Assembly (NCBI GenBank): GCA_963715325.1
Contig: CAVQRR010000013.1
Location: 113,642 to 177,641 of the forward strand
DNA from: an uncultured Acidimicrobiales bacterium
Lineage (GTDB): Bacteria; Actinomycetota; Acidimicrobiia; Acidimicrobiales; SZUA-35
DNA: 64,000 bases
Direction of reading: 5' to 3'
Translations under genes and position numbers: made by a program
Notes under the pieces: generated by a model
Database searches by the model: none
What the model saw: only the letters and a program-made list of their open reading frames with translations
Told to the model about the DNA's origin: nothing
Shown here: positions 41,437-52,464 of the stretch, piece after piece
Numbering within the stretch: the stretch's first letter is position 1
Layout: every line of letters starts with the position of its first letter

Positions 41437-41769
41437 ATGGGTTTCTTCGATTCGGTGAAGTCGTGGTTCAGCTCCGAAGCGGCCGAGGCGCGCCAGGTCG
41501 GCCGCTCGACCAGGACCAGGCTGGAGCGCGATCTCGAACGCCGGGAAGCCGAGCTGGCCGCCACCCCCGAACAACGCTTGGAGCAGTTGCAGGCAAAGAT
41601 CGCCGACGGCGACGCCACCTTCGAGGGCATCCAGGCAAAGATCGACGGTCGGGGTGCCTTGGCCGATGCCACCAGCGACGTTGCCGACATCGACCGCCCG
41701 GCAAAGGACGACCTGCTCGACCTCGACTCCGAGGAGATCGATCCGCCCGATCCCACGCAGTCTGGCTAG
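41437..41769 (+). CDS. Hypothetical coiled-coil protein (weak resemblance to PspA/IM30 C-terminal region)
   Basis: Clean 110-aa helical ORF starting MGFFDSVKSWF, converging on ispG. Confidence 0.65.
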   Translation: MGFFDSVKSWFSSEAAEARQVGRSTRTRLERDLERREAELAATPEQRLEQLQAKIADGDATFEGIQAKIDGRGALADATSDVADIDRPAKDDLLDLDSEEIDPPDPTQSG

Positions 41770-43010
41770 TGGTCTTCGCTGCGTTTCTTGCGCAGCAGCT
41801 CCACCACCTGCTCCGAAGCGTTGGCGTCGTCGCCCCGCTCGTTCAGATTCAGCGCCCGGTCCTCCTCGGCAGCCCGCCTTGCCGCGGCCCTGGTTGACTT
41901 GGCCCGCTCCAGGGCGGCGTCCATACCTTCGGTGGTGATCAGCTCCGCCCACTCCACGAGGGTGTCGACCATCTCGTCCTCGGGCACGACCGCCACGTTC
42001 TCGCCCTTGATGAACAGATGGCCTCGCTTGTTGCCGGCCGCAATCCCGATGTCGGCATCGCGGGCTTCGCCCGGGCCGTTGACCACACAACCCATCACAG
42101 CCACCTGGAGCGGCAGCTGCCGGTCGGCGAAGGCGTCCTGGGCGTCCTGGGCAACCTTGTAGACGTCGATCTCGGCCCGACCGCAGGACGGGCAGGCGAT
42201 CAGATCGACGTTCTTGCGCTCCCGGAGTCCGAACGATTCGAGCAGCACCCGGCCGAGCCTGGCTTCGTCGACCGGGTCGGAGGTGAGCGAATAGCGGATG
42301 GTGTCGCCGATGCCCTCGGCCAGCAGCGTTGCGATTCCGGCGGTGGCCTTGACGATGCCGGCCGGCGGCGGCCCGGCTTCGGTCACCCCGAGATGGAGCG
42401 GATGATCGGTGACCTCGCTCAGCTGGCGGTATGCCTCGATCATCAGCGGGACGTTCGACGCCTTGACCGAGATCTTGATCAGATCGAAGTCGACCTCTTC
42501 GAAGTAGGCGATCTCCTGCAGCGCCGACTCGACCATCGCCTCCGGGGTCACGGTGTTGCCGTACTTCTTGTAGAGGTCGGGGTGGAGGCTGCCACCGTTG
42601 ACCCCAATGCGGATCGGCACGCCCCGGTCCTTGGCCTCCTTGGCAACGGCCTTGATGTGTTCGGGCTTGCGGATGTTTCCCGGATTGAGCCGCAGGCAAT
42701 GCACGCCGGCTTCGAGCGCTTCGAGCGCCCGGCGGTACTGGTGGTGGATGTCGGCCACGATCGGCACCGGGCTCCGAGGCACGATCCTGGCCAAGCCCTC
42801 GGAGGCCTCGGGCTCATTGCAGGTACAGCGGACGATGTCGGCCCCGGCTGCGGCCAGGGCGTAGATCTGCTGGAGTGTGCCCTCCACGTCGGCGGTCTTG
42901 GTGATCGTCATCGACTGGACCGTGATCGGGGCGCCGCCTCCGACCGGTACATCGCCGACCATGATCTGACGGGTCTTGGCCCTCGGGAACTGGACTGCGC
43001 CTGCTTCCAT
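41766..43010 (-). CDS. ispG: (E)-4-hydroxy-3-methylbut-2-enyl-diphosphate synthase
   Basis: VQSMT, ADIH, RLNPGNI, LHLGVTEAG, CPSCGR and MGCVVNGPGE. Confidence 0.98.
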   Translation of the reverse strand: MEAGAVQFPRAKTRQIMVGDVPVGGGAPITVQSMTITKTADVEGTLQQIYALAAAGADIVRCTCNEPEASEGLARIVPRSPVPIVADIHHQYRRALEALEAGVHCLRLNPGNIRKPEHIKAVAKEAKDRGVPIRIGVNGGSLHPDLYKKYGNTVTPEAMVESALQEIAYFEEVDFDLIKISVKASNVPLMIEAYRQLSEVTDHPLHLGVTEAGPPPAGIVKATAGIATLLAEGIGDTIRYSLTSDPVDEARLGRVLLESFGLRERKNVDLIACPSCGRAEIDVYKVAQDAQDAFADRQLPLQVAVMGCVVNGPGEARDADIGIAAGNKRGHLFIKGENVAVVPEDEMVDTLVEWAELITTEGMDAALERAKSTRAAARRAAEEDRALNLNERGDDANASEQVVELLRKKRSEDH

Positions 43011-43076
43011 GTCTTTCTCACTCCGTTCGAAACTCGAGTTTCGCCTTCGGCCAAACGTCGCAGAACCGCCGGCCGC

Positions 43077-44474
43077 CTAACTGATGGGTCGGACGATGTC
43101 GAGGTAGACGGTTGAGATCATGATGAACCCGAGCAACGCCACCACCGCATAGGTCAGCGGTAGGAGCTTGGCCACGTCGACGTGGTATCGGCGATCCTTG
43201 CGGGACCTGGCCCGCTCGTAGGTGGCGATGGCGGCGTGGCCACCATCGAGCGGCAGCAGCGGCAGCAGGTTCAACAGGCCGATGAAGATGTTGAGCACCG
43301 CCAGCAGGCTGATGGGCCAGGTGATGTCGAATTCCGGTTGGCCTGCGATGCGGACGGCGCCGACGACCGAAATCGGGCGATTCGCCTCATCACTGGTGCG
43401 ATCGACGTCTTGCGACCCACTGAACATCAACGAGCCGAGTTCGGTGAAGGTGGACGGCGACACGAAGGCGGGTATGGACTTCAACGCGCCCCAGAACGTC
43501 TCGCCGAACATCTGCACCGCCACGACCGGGCTCTCCCTGGTGTGCTCGAAGGTGGGAGCAACACCGAGGAAGCCGAACGCCTCGCCCGTGACCTCGTCTT
43601 CCAGCGAGGCCAGGGTGGTGGTCCGAACCGTTGTTTCGCCACCGCTGAGCACGGCAAGCTCGACCTCTTCGCCGGGATGATCGCGGATGTAGTTCCGCAG
43701 GTCCCGCCAGTCGGTGGCGGCGACACCGTCGACGGACACGATGGTGTCCCCCGGTGCCAGGTCGGCCAAGACCGCCGGGGTCTCGCCGGTTTCCAGCTGT
43801 GAGATCTGACCGACAGACCATTCCTCGGGGTTGTCGAGGCCGATGGCGGTCGTCACCACCATGAACAGCACGATGGCCTGGATGAAGTGCATCATCGAAC
43901 CCGCGGTGATCACCAGCATCCGCCGGGGGTAGCTCTTGTTCTTGTAGGCCCGGGGTTCGTCCTCGGGGTCGCACGGGTCGAGGTTGTGCATACCGACGAT
44001 CCGAACGAAGGCGCCGATCGGCAGCGTTCGGATCCCGTATTCGGTTTCGCCCCGCTGGAACGACCAGATTCGCGGCCCCATGAACAGGAAGAACTGCGTC
44101 ACCTTCATGCCCGTCCAGCGAGCGGTGAGGTAGTGGCCGAGCTCGTGGAGGAAGATCATGATGACCAACCCCACCACCACGAAGAAATACCGGGGGCCGG
44201 CCCAGAACCACAGCATGGCGAACAGCCCGGCGATGAACACCAGGCCCAACGGGTTCGACTGCGCCTCGGCCGGATCGCGGTCCTTGGGCTCGGCCATCAC
44301 CAGGGGAACGGTGCGCTTGCCGTCCGTCGACCGGGCGGCCCCGGCCTCCCGGCCGCCGTCGAACGGCAGACCGTCGGCCGGGGCGGTGGCCGGGGCACCG
44401 GCGGGCGGCAGCGCGGCGCCAGGGCGGTCCTCGCCCCGATTGCTGTCGCTGCTGATGTCGTTGGTGTTGGTCAT
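43077..44474 (-). CDS. rseP: RIP metalloprotease (M50 family, PDZ domain)
   Basis: HELGH, NLLPLLPLDGGH and a PDZ-like segment; dxr-rseP-ispG synteny. Confidence 0.93.
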   Translation of the reverse strand: MTNTNDISSDSNRGEDRPGAALPPAGAPATAPADGLPFDGGREAGAARSTDGKRTVPLVMAEPKDRDPAEAQSNPLGLVFIAGLFAMLWFWAGPRYFFVVVGLVIMIFLHELGHYLTARWTGMKVTQFFLFMGPRIWSFQRGETEYGIRTLPIGAFVRIVGMHNLDPCDPEDEPRAYKNKSYPRRMLVITAGSMMHFIQAIVLFMVVTTAIGLDNPEEWSVGQISQLETGETPAVLADLAPGDTIVSVDGVAATDWRDLRNYIRDHPGEEVELAVLSGGETTVRTTTLASLEDEVTGEAFGFLGVAPTFEHTRESPVVAVQMFGETFWGALKSIPAFVSPSTFTELGSLMFSGSQDVDRTSDEANRPISVVGAVRIAGQPEFDITWPISLLAVLNIFIGLLNLLPLLPLDGGHAAIATYERARSRKDRRYHVDVAKLLPLTYAVVALLGFIMISTVYLDIVRPIS

Positions 44475-44651
44475 TGACGATCCGTGGTCTCGCTCAGCGT
44501 GGCCGGCTGGAACCCGTCACAACGCTCACTGTCTCATCGGGCAAGGAAATCTAGGTGAAAATGTAGGGCAGATGTTCGATCGACGTGGCATCGCCCGCCC
44601 GTCGCCCTGGTGGGTGACAAGACGATCGGCGGATTCGTTCAGAGGTTTCGT

Positions 44652-45842
44652 TCAGGGGATGCCAGGCGCTCGGTCAAGCACGTTCTCAGCATACTTGCGG
44701 GCCCGCTGATCCCCGTCCAGCACGGCCTGGAGATCCTCGGCGGGCGCGCCATCGTGCTGGTCCATCGTCGCCGCGATGACTTCGGCGATGCGGACCCAGG
44801 GGATCCGGCCGTCGAGAAACGCCGCCACCGCCACCTCGTTGGCCGCACTGAGCCAGGCCGGTGCTGTGCCGCCGATTCGACCGGCCTCGAATGCCAGGTC
44901 GAGACAGGGAAACGCCGCTCGATCGGGCGGTTCGAAATCCAATCGACCCAGTGCCGACCAGTCGATTCGTCCGTAGGCGACCGGGAACCGATCCGGAAAG
45001 GCCAGGGCGTAGGCGATCGGCAGCCGCATGTCGGGGTTCGAAAGCTGGGCGATGGTCGAGCCGTCGCTGTAGGTGACCATCGAATGGACGATCGACTGGG
45101 GATGTACCACGACGTCGATGTCGTCGATGCCGATGCCGTAGCCGGCACTTCCGGCCGGCCGACCGAACAGCTCGTTGGCCTCTATCACCTCGAGGCCCTT
45201 GTTCATCAGCGTCGACGAATCGATGGTGATCTTGGGGCCCATCGACCAGGTCGGGTGCTGCAGCGCATCGTCGACGGTGACCGCCGACAGCCCCTCGCTC
45301 GAGCGGCCCCGGAACGGACCACCTGAGGCCGTCAACTGGAGCCGGTCGACCTGACGATCGGTACCGCTGGAGCGCAGGCACTGATGGATGGCGGCGTGCT
45401 CACTGTCGACGGGCAGCAGTTCGGCACCGGGGGTGGCCCTGGCCTTTTGCACCACGGGGCCTGCGGCGATCAGCGACTCCTTGTTTGCCAGGGCCAGCCG
45501 CTTGCCGGCCCCGAGACAGGCCATGGTCACCGGCAGACCGGCGAATCCCACGACGCCGTTGACCGTCACGTCTGCCACGGTTGCGATGTCGGCCAGGGCC
45601 GACGGGCCCACCAACACCTCGACGCCGGGGGCCAGACGTTCTCGGAGGTCGGCCAGGCCCGATTCATCGGCCAGGGCCACGACCTCGGGCCGGAATCGCT
45701 CGACCTGGGCGACCAGGGCATCGACCTGGGAACCGGCGGCCAGGGCCACCACCCGGTAGTCGTCCGGGCGGTCGGAGACGACGTCCAACGTCTGGGTGCC
45801 GATCGAACCGGTGGACCCGGCGATGGCAACGGTGGTTGTCAC
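44652..45842 (-). CDS. dxr: 1-deoxy-D-xylulose-5-phosphate reductoisomerase
   Basis: GSTGSIG, LANKES, PVDSEH, HPTWSMG and NKGLEVIEA. Confidence 0.98.
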   Translation of the reverse strand: MTTTVAIAGSTGSIGTQTLDVVSDRPDDYRVVALAAGSQVDALVAQVERFRPEVVALADESGLADLRERLAPGVEVLVGPSALADIATVADVTVNGVVGFAGLPVTMACLGAGKRLALANKESLIAAGPVVQKARATPGAELLPVDSEHAAIHQCLRSSGTDRQVDRLQLTASGGPFRGRSSEGLSAVTVDDALQHPTWSMGPKITIDSSTLMNKGLEVIEANELFGRPAGSAGYGIGIDDIDVVVHPQSIVHSMVTYSDGSTIAQLSNPDMRLPIAYALAFPDRFPVAYGRIDWSALGRLDFEPPDRAAFPCLDLAFEAGRIGGTAPAWLSAANEVAVAAFLDGRIPWVRIAEVIAATMDQHDGAPAEDLQAVLDGDQRARKYAENVLDRAPGIP

Positions 45843-45873
45843 CGGCCGAGCCCCGGGCCCGACGAGGCGGCCA

Positions 45874-47157
45874 TCAGATGATGCCGTATACCAGGGCCAG
45901 GTAGTACGCACCGGGGAGGGCGAACAACAGCGCATCCACGCGGTCGAGCACGCCGCCGTGGCCGGGCAGCAGCGTTCCCATGTCCTTGACCCCGAGATCT
46001 CGCTTGACCACCGATTCCGCCAGGTCCCCCATGGGGGCCAGGCAGCCGACCACGGCGCCGAGAACGATGGCCGCCACGAGGTGGCCGTCCCAGATGGTGC
46101 CCATGTCGGTGACTCCGATGGCGAAGCCGGCGAACACCGCGCCGGCGAACCCGGTGATGGTACCTTCCCACGTCTTGTTGGGGCTGGCGTGATGGAACGG
46201 TCTCGATCCGTAGGCTCGGCCCCCGACATAGGCCATGGTGTCGGACGCAACGGTGATGATGATCGTGGCCAGCAGCAGCTGGATGCCACCGTCGAGGCGG
46301 AGCATCAGGGCGGCGAAGGCCGCCAGGCCGCCAACCCAGAACACCCCGAGCAGGGTGAGGCTGAGGTTGAGTACCGGGCGCTCGGTATCGGCGCCGACCA
46401 GGTACCACAGGGTCCCGAAGACCACGGCCAGTGCGATGATCAGGGGGAAGGCGGCATCGCCTCGGTAGTAGGCGGCGGCCGGCGCCGCCACGGTACCGAC
46501 GATCCCGAGCAGGGTCGCCGGGCGCAACCCGGCAAGGCGCATGGCGTTGTAGAGCTCCAACACCGCCAGCAGGGCCAGCACGACGACGACCAGGAGCGTG
46601 GGGTACGGGCCGAGCCACATCGCGGCCAGTACGACACCGGCCAACGCCAGGCCGACTCCGATGGCCTTCGGTATGTTGCGACCACCGACAGGGCTGAGGC
46701 CGATCGCCTTGTCCGCTTCGTCCTCGTCGTAGTAGTCGTCGTCGACGAACTCGATGTCGTCGATGTTCGGCTCCCCGCCGGTCTCGTCCGTTTCGGCACC
46801 GGGCCTGAAGCGGCTGGCCGGCGGCGGACTGGCGGCAACGCTACGCTCGGCCGGCCCAGGATAGCGATCCGGGGCCTGGCCACCGGAGCCGCCTTCGGGC
46901 GCAAGGCCGGGCTGGCCCGGGATTCTCCGATCGTGGTCCGCATCGATGGATCCGTGCCGAGCGCCGCTGAGCAGACCGTTCTCGTGGCGTCCGTCGACGG
47001 GTTGGCCGGGGGGCGGCGGAACGGCTCGGTGTTGTCCGGTGGCCGGTTGAGCCAGGCGGCCCTCGTCCCGAACCGATCGGGGCGGCCCCGGCTGCTCGCG
47101 CTCGGCGAAGATCGACGGGCGGGCCGGCGCTTGGTCGCCGCGAGGTTGGGCCGTCAC
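45874..47157 (-). CDS. cdsA: Phosphatidate cytidylyltransferase (catalytic part; probably fused to 47154..48062)
   Basis: SDTMAY, SPNKTWEG, GDLAESVVKRDLGVKDMG..LPGHGGVLDRVD. Confidence 0.95.
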   Translation of the reverse strand: MTAQPRGDQAPARPSIFAEREQPGPPRSVRDEGRLAQPATGQHRAVPPPPGQPVDGRHENGLLSGARHGSIDADHDRRIPGQPGLAPEGGSGGQAPDRYPGPAERSVAASPPPASRFRPGAETDETGGEPNIDDIEFVDDDYYDEDEADKAIGLSPVGGRNIPKAIGVGLALAGVVLAAMWLGPYPTLLVVVVLALLAVLELYNAMRLAGLRPATLLGIVGTVAAPAAAYYRGDAAFPLIIALAVVFGTLWYLVGADTERPVLNLSLTLLGVFWVGGLAAFAALMLRLDGGIQLLLATIIITVASDTMAYVGGRAYGSRPFHHASPNKTWEGTITGFAGAVFAGFAIGVTDMGTIWDGHLVAAIVLGAVVGCLAPMGDLAESVVKRDLGVKDMGTLLPGHGGVLDRVDALLFALPGAYYLALVYGII

Positions 47158-48062
47158 GGGTCCATCGCCGATCGCCGAGGCGGGCGGTGGCCCCTGGCGC
47201 CGGGGGGCGACTCGGCCCTGCGGCTGGGGCTGCGGCTGGCCCTTGGGGGGCTGGAGTTGCCGTTGGCCCTGGGGCTGTGGTTGGGCGTGGGGTTGTGGCT
47301 GGGGTTGCCGCTGGGGCTGCGGCTGCCGCTGGGGCTGGGGCTGGCCTGAGTTGCCGCTGGGGCTGAGGTTGCGGCTGGGGCTGTGGTTGGGCGTGAGGTT
47401 GTGGCTGGAGTTGCCGCTGGGGCTGTGGTTGCGGCTGGGCGTGGGGTTGCGGCTGGGCCGGTCGTTCGGGGCTGGCCCTGAACCGCCGGCGGCTGGGGCG
47501 GGCGGTCTTCGCGCCGAGGTGGCGGCGGGGGCTGGGGATGCGGCGGAACCTGGGTCTCATCGTCGAAATTGGCTATCGATGACGCTCCCGGCCGAACTGG
47601 ACGCCGGATCGCCACCGCACCGAGGTCGGATTCGCCGTAGTCGTCGTCGTCCTCGTCGTCGTCGTAGTCATCGAGCGATGCGTCGAGGTTGACCGAGTCG
47701 GTGTCGGCGAACACGTCCGCCAGATCGGGCCCGGCCCACGATGGGTCGTCGCCGTGCCAGCTGGGGCCTTTGACGTCGGCCCAGAGGCCGCTTTGTTCCT
47801 TTTCCGATGTGAGCACCGCCGGCACTTGGCCGGTTGGCGGCGCCGTCCAGTGCTGCAGGCCTGCGGCCTCGGCGTCGGCCGCCGCTTTCAGCTCGGCCGC
47901 CGATGCTCCGGTCAGATCGATGTCGCTCCCCTTGATGACAGGGATCTTGCCGAACGAGTTGTTGGGATCACGCTCGGGTGGCGGTTCGAACAGGTCGAAG
48001 ATGCTCGTCTTGCGTTCGGCCGCCTCGGTATCCGGTTCTGCTTGCTCGTTCTTGTCGGCCAT
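47154..48062 (-). CDS. Acidic/Pro-Gln-rich region, probable frameshifted N-terminal extension of CdsA
   Basis: ATG 48062 after an AAAGGA RBS. The PQ-repeat peptide passes through three frames and runs without a stop into the cdsA frame. Confidence 0.6.
   Translation of the reverse strand: MADKNEQAEPDTEAAERKTSIFDLFEPPPERDPNNSFGKIPVIKGSDIDLTGASAAELKAAADAEAAGLQHWTAPPTGQVPAVLTSEKEQSGLWADVKGPSWHGDDPSWAGPDLADVFADTDSVNLDASLDDYDDDEDDDDYGESDLGAVAIRRPVRPGASSIANFDDETQVPPHPQPPPPPRREDRPPQPPAVQGQPRTTGPAATPRPAATTAPAATPATTSRPTTAPAATSAPAATQASPSPSGSRSPSGNPSHNPTPNHSPRANGNSSPPRASRSPSRRAESPPGARGHRPPRRSAMDP
47220..47456. repeat. Pro-Gln hexamer repeat array (cagccc/cagcca on minus strand)
   Basis: Repeated ggctgg/ggctgc/ggttgt hexamers on the plus strand. 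Confidence 0.88.
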
Positions 48063-48212
48063 ACGTCGTTCCTTTCCCGTACCTGAACCGCCCTGAATCA
48101 CTACCACCGATCGCATCCGCCTGCCTGACGCCCAGGCTGGCGGCATCGATGGAATCGCCGGCGAGTTGTGAGCGGGCTTGCATGTTGTGCGGCAACGCCC
48201 GCCATTGGGGTA

Positions 48213-48779
48213 CTACACCTCTAGGAGTTCGTCTTCTTTCGAGGCGAGGGCATCATCAACCGTAGCCTCGCTGGAGTGAGTTAGCTTGTCCAGGTCCTTT
48301 TCGGCCCTGCTCAGTTCGTCGGCGCTGAGGTCATGGTCCTTCTCCGCGCCCTCCAGTTCCTTGCGAGCGTCCCGGCGTATGTTCCTGATCGCGATCCGCC
48401 CGTCCTCGGCCATTTTCTTGACCAATCGCACCAATTCCTTGCGTCGCTCCTCGGTGAGTGGAGGGAAGTTCAACCGCACCGAGCGACCATCATTGCTGGG
48501 GGAGATGCCTAGATCTGAAGTTCTGATGGCTCGCTCGACCGCTTCCAGATTGGCCGGATCGTGGGGGGTGACGATCAGCTGCCGGGCTTCGGGTACCGAG
48601 ATCGAGGCCACTTCGAGGAGGCGGACGTCGACCCCGTATGCGTGGACGGTCAACTTCTCGACCAGCTGAGGGGCGGCCCGACCGCTGCGGACCGAGGCGA
48701 ACTCGGAGCGTGAATGGGCAATCGCCTTGTCCATCCGATCCTTTGCGTCGTCGAGCACCAATTCGACCAGTTCGCTCAT
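48213..48779 (-). CDS. frr: Ribosome recycling factor
   Basis: [22 protein letters not shown] and IRNIRRD. Confidence 0.97.
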   Translation of the reverse strand: MSELVELVLDDAKDRMDKAIAHSRSEFASVRSGRAAPQLVEKLTVHAYGVDVRLLEVASISVPEARQLIVTPHDPANLEAVERAIRTSDLGISPSNDGRSVRLNFPPLTEERRKELVRLVKKMAEDGRIAIRNIRRDARKELEGAEKDHDLSADELSRAEKDLDKLTHSSEATVDDALASKEDELLEV

Positions 48780-49507
48780 CTCACCATCGTACCTATTGCC
48801 TCGCCACACAGCAGGCCCCGGAGGTTTCCCTCCGCCATGAGGTCGAAGACGACGATCGGCAGATCGTTCTCCTTGGCGTGGGTGATGGCGGTCGGATCCA
48901 TGACCCGCAGGTTCCTGTTGAGCACGTCGAGGTACGAGAGCTCCTCGATCTTGGTCGCATTGGGATTGGTGCGAGGATCGTCGGTGTAGATCCCGTCGAC
49001 GCCACCGTGGGTGCCTTTCAGCAACACCTCGGCATCGACCTCGACCGCACGCAGGGCGGCGGTGGTGTCGGTCGTGAAGAACGGGTTGCCGGTACCGGCG
49101 GCGAAGATCACCACCCGACCCTTCTCGAGATGGCGGATCGCCTTGCGCCGGATGTACTCCTCGGCCACCTGGGGCATCCGGATGGCCGACTGGAGCCTGG
49201 TCGGCACGTTCTTTTGTTCGAGGACGTCCTGAAGGGCCAGGGCGTTCATCACCGTGGCCAACATCCCCATGTAATCGGCCTGAGCACGTTCGAGGCCACC
49301 TTCGGCGCCGGTCAGCCCCCGCCAGAAGTTGCCGCCGCCGACCACGACGGCGACCTCGACGCCGAGGTTGTCCCTGGCGTCGATGATGTCGTCGCTGATC
49401 CGCTCCAGTACCTTGCCGTCGATACCGAAACCCTTGTCGCCGGCGAACGCCTCGCCGGAGAGCTTCAACAGTATTCGGCGCCACCGGGGTGCAGTGTCTT
49501 CGGCCAA
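48776..49507 (-). CDS. pyrH: UMP kinase
   Basis: [18 protein letters not shown] and GNPFFTTDT; TTG start after GGAGG. Confidence 0.97.
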   Translation of the reverse strand: MAEDTAPRWRRILLKLSGEAFAGDKGFGIDGKVLERISDDIIDARDNLGVEVAVVVGGGNFWRGLTGAEGGLERAQADYMGMLATVMNALALQDVLEQKNVPTRLQSAIRMPQVAEEYIRRKAIRHLEKGRVVIFAAGTGNPFFTTDTTAALRAVEVDAEVLLKGTHGGVDGIYTDDPRTNPNATKIEELSYLDVLNRNLRVMDPTAITHAKENDLPIVVFDLMAEGNLRGLLCGEAIGTMVR

Positions 49508-49648
49508 GTGAAACCTCCAGCGCGTCAGCGCCCTCGTCTGGTGTTTTCGAGCGTAGTCCGACTTCGGGGCTGAAGCCGTCAGCCCGCCGAGCGTCGCAAC
49601 CACGGCGGCTGCACCACAATATGGCCCGCGGGCCGCCGATCGGTGAGT

Positions 49649-50428
49649 TCAGCCGCCGATCTGGGCCAGGCTGAACCGGCTGATGGTGCCAGCGCCGATC
49701 TTGGCCGACACCGTTTCCTTGTCGCCGAACAGTCCCTGCTCGAGCAGCACCCGCTCCCCCAACCACGAGTTGAGCCGGCCTTCCACGATCTTGGGCCAGG
49801 CCGCCTCGGGCTTGCCCTCGTTCTTGGTGATCTCCAACAAGGCGGCCCGCTCGCGCTCGACCTCTTCGGCCGGGACCTCGTCCCGGTTCAGGTAGGCCGG
49901 CTTTGCGAACGCGATGTGCATCGCCACCTCGTGCAGGACCTCCGGGGTCACACCCTCGGCCTCGATGAGCACGCCGGTCCGACCGGCACCGTGGACGTAG
50001 GCGTCGATGACAGAATCGGCGGCGGCCTCGTACCGCACGACCGGCCCGAAGTCGATGTTCTCCTTGACGGTGAGCTTCAGGTCTTCGATGGCGTCCGCCC
50101 GCTCAGCGACCGCCTCGGGGCCCTTGGCCAGGACCAACTCTGCCAGTTCCTGGGCCAGCTTGGCGAAGTCGTCCGACTTGGCGGCGAAGTCGGTTTCGGA
50201 CTTGAGGTGGACCAGTGCAGCCCCGGTGTCGTCCTGGGCGACGGCGATCAAGCCCTCGCTGTTGTCACGATCGAGCCGCGTCGCCGCCTTGGCAAGACCT
50301 TTCTCCCGAAGGATCTGCACTGCGGCGTCGAAGTCGCCGTCGGCCTCGGTGAGCGCCTTCTTGGCGTCCATCATTCCGGCACCGGTGGACTTGCGCAGTT
50401 CCTGCACGTCTTTCGCGGTGATAGCCAT
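49649..50428 (-). CDS. tsf: Elongation factor Ts
   Basis: LRKSTGAGMMDAKKAL, SETDFAAK and AMHIAF. Confidence 0.98.
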   Translation of the reverse strand: MAITAKDVQELRKSTGAGMMDAKKALTEADGDFDAAVQILREKGLAKAATRLDRDNSEGLIAVAQDDTGAALVHLKSETDFAAKSDDFAKLAQELAELVLAKGPEAVAERADAIEDLKLTVKENIDFGPVVRYEAAADSVIDAYVHGAGRTGVLIEAEGVTPEVLHEVAMHIAFAKPAYLNRDEVPAEEVERERAALLEITKNEGKPEAAWPKIVEGRLNSWLGERVLLEQGLFGDKETVSAKIGAGTISRFSLAQIGG

Positions 50429-50588
50429 GTTCTTCGTTCTCTTTCGTTCCTGGTGGTGTGTTGTCGTATCGAGTGGCGGCCCCGGGTGGGCCACTTGGCG
50501 CCTCGGGCGGTGATCCGGTACCGAATCGGTTTGCTCGACCCCCGGTTGCCCGTGTCGGGCGACGGACGCAACGAGCGTCGGCGCTCGC

Positions 50589-51966
50589 TCAGGCCTGTTC
50601 GGTCGATTCTGCCGGTTCTTCTTTATCTGCCGACGCATCGGACGTGACTTCGGCCGCCGCCGGCTTCTTCGGCCATCTCCTGCACCGGGGCGTCATTCTC
50701 GGGCGGCGAGGCGACATCGGTGGTGGCGGCGATCGGTATGTCCTGCGGTTGACCGGCCATGGCCAGGGCGGACTCGCCCGGGGTGGCAGGGGCCTCGGGC
50801 GCGGCAGCCGACGCTGCCTCGGTCGTCTCGGCGGAGACCGGCGGTGCAGCCGGCTCGGCTGTTCAACGGCGTCCGGCTCGGTTGTTTCGGCGGCGCCGGC
50901 TCGGTTGTTTCGGCGGCGCCGGCTCGGTTGTTTCGGCGGCGTCCGACGGGGCGGTCGGCTCGGCTGAAGCCGGTGCGGCCGCAGGCGTGGTTGTTTCGGC
51001 TGCGTCCGAAGGGGCGGCCGGTTCGGCGGGCTCGCCTGCTTCGGGAGCAACCGACGGGGCGGCCGGCTCAGTGGTTTCGCCCCCAGCCGACGAGGCGGCC
51101 GGCTCGGTGGTTTCCCCAGCGGTCGCCTGCTCGGCCTGAGCGGCGGCGATTCTGGCTTCACGAGCAGCGGCATCGGCCGCGGCCTGCTCCCTGGCGGCGG
51201 CCTGCTGGGCGGCGATGGCCGCTTCCTCCTCGGCGGTTCGCACCTCGGGGACCGAGTCGGGGACGCCGGTCTTGCGAGCGTGGATGATCTTGCCCTCGGC
51301 AACCGCCTCGGCGATGACCCGGGTCATCAGTTCGGCGGACCGGATGGCGTCGTCGTTGCCGGGGATCGGGTAGGTGATCAAATCGGGGTCGCAGTTGGTG
51401 TCGACCACGGCCACGATCGGGATTCCGAGCTTGCGAGCCTCGGTGACCGCGATGTGTTCGATGAGGGTGTCGAGCACGAACACGACACTCGGCATCTTGG
51501 CCATCGTCTTGATGCCCCCGATGTTGCGGTCGAGCTTCTCCAGCTCACGGCCGTAGCGAAGCGCTTCCTTCTTCGGCATCTCCTCGAACTCACCGGCGGC
51601 TCGCATGCGCTCGTATTCGAGCATCTTGCCGACCCGCTTGGAGATGGTCTGGTAGTTGGTCAGCATGCCGCCGAGCCAGCGCTGGTCGACGAACGGCATC
51701 CCCACCGACTGGGCGTGGCGCCGGATCGGCTCCTGAGCCTGCTTCTTGGTGCCGACGAAGAGAACGGTGCCGCCGTCGGCGACCGTGTCGCGGACGAAGG
51801 TGTACGCGGTCTCGATGCGCCGGAGGGTCTCCTCCAGGTCGATGATGTACACGCCGTTGCGGTCACCGTGGATGAACCGCTTCATCTTCGGGTTCCAGCG
51901 CCTGGTCTGGTGACCGAAATGAACGCCGGCTTCGAGCATTTGCTTCATGGTGACGACTGCAGTCAC
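50589..51966 (-). CDS. rpsB: 30S ribosomal protein S2; long Ala/Glu/Pro/Thr tail with several 1-bp indels
   Basis: [24 protein letters not shown] and PGNDDAIR. The uncorrected ORF stops at 50863, but the AETTEP-type tail continues across frames to TGA at 50589. Confidence 0.95.
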
Positions 51967-52160
51967 GTTTGTCCTCCGGTTGTTGCGACCGACTTCGCTC
52001 CGCCAGAGCGGAGACCGTGGCTTCAAGCCGGCCGGTTTGCTGGTTGTGTTGTTGGTTGCTGTACGTTCCCGGCCACCGTGCCGCACCTTTGCCGCTGCAC
52101 ACTCTTTGCCAGGGCGACCGATCGGCAACATGACCGTATGGCCAGCAGGGGCCAGGTGAA

Positions 52161-52166
52161 ATTATA
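52161..52166 (-). promoter_or_regulatory. Putative -10 box (TATAAT) of the rpsB-tsf operon
   Basis: Consensus TATAAT in a GC-rich background, about 195 nt upstream of rpsB. Confidence 0.6.
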
Positions 52167-52464
52167 CCGTCAGAGCCGACGATCCCGGTTCGCCCCGACC
52201 ATGCAATTCGATTTGCCTCACAACCGACTCAGCCGGCTGGTTGCACCCGACGGCGACGTCACGGCCGCCGACGAGGCGATAGGTCGCAGACAACGATCGT
52301 CGGTTCGTCACGGCGCCGACGATCGTCGCCGGAGGGCAGCCACGCCCTGGCCTGTCGGGCCGACCGGGCCGACAACTTCTTTCCCGACGACCACCTGATG
52401 GTGCTCGATGACCTGCGGCCCGGTCGTCTCCCGGCGATGACTACGGCTCCTACAATCTTGGCCC

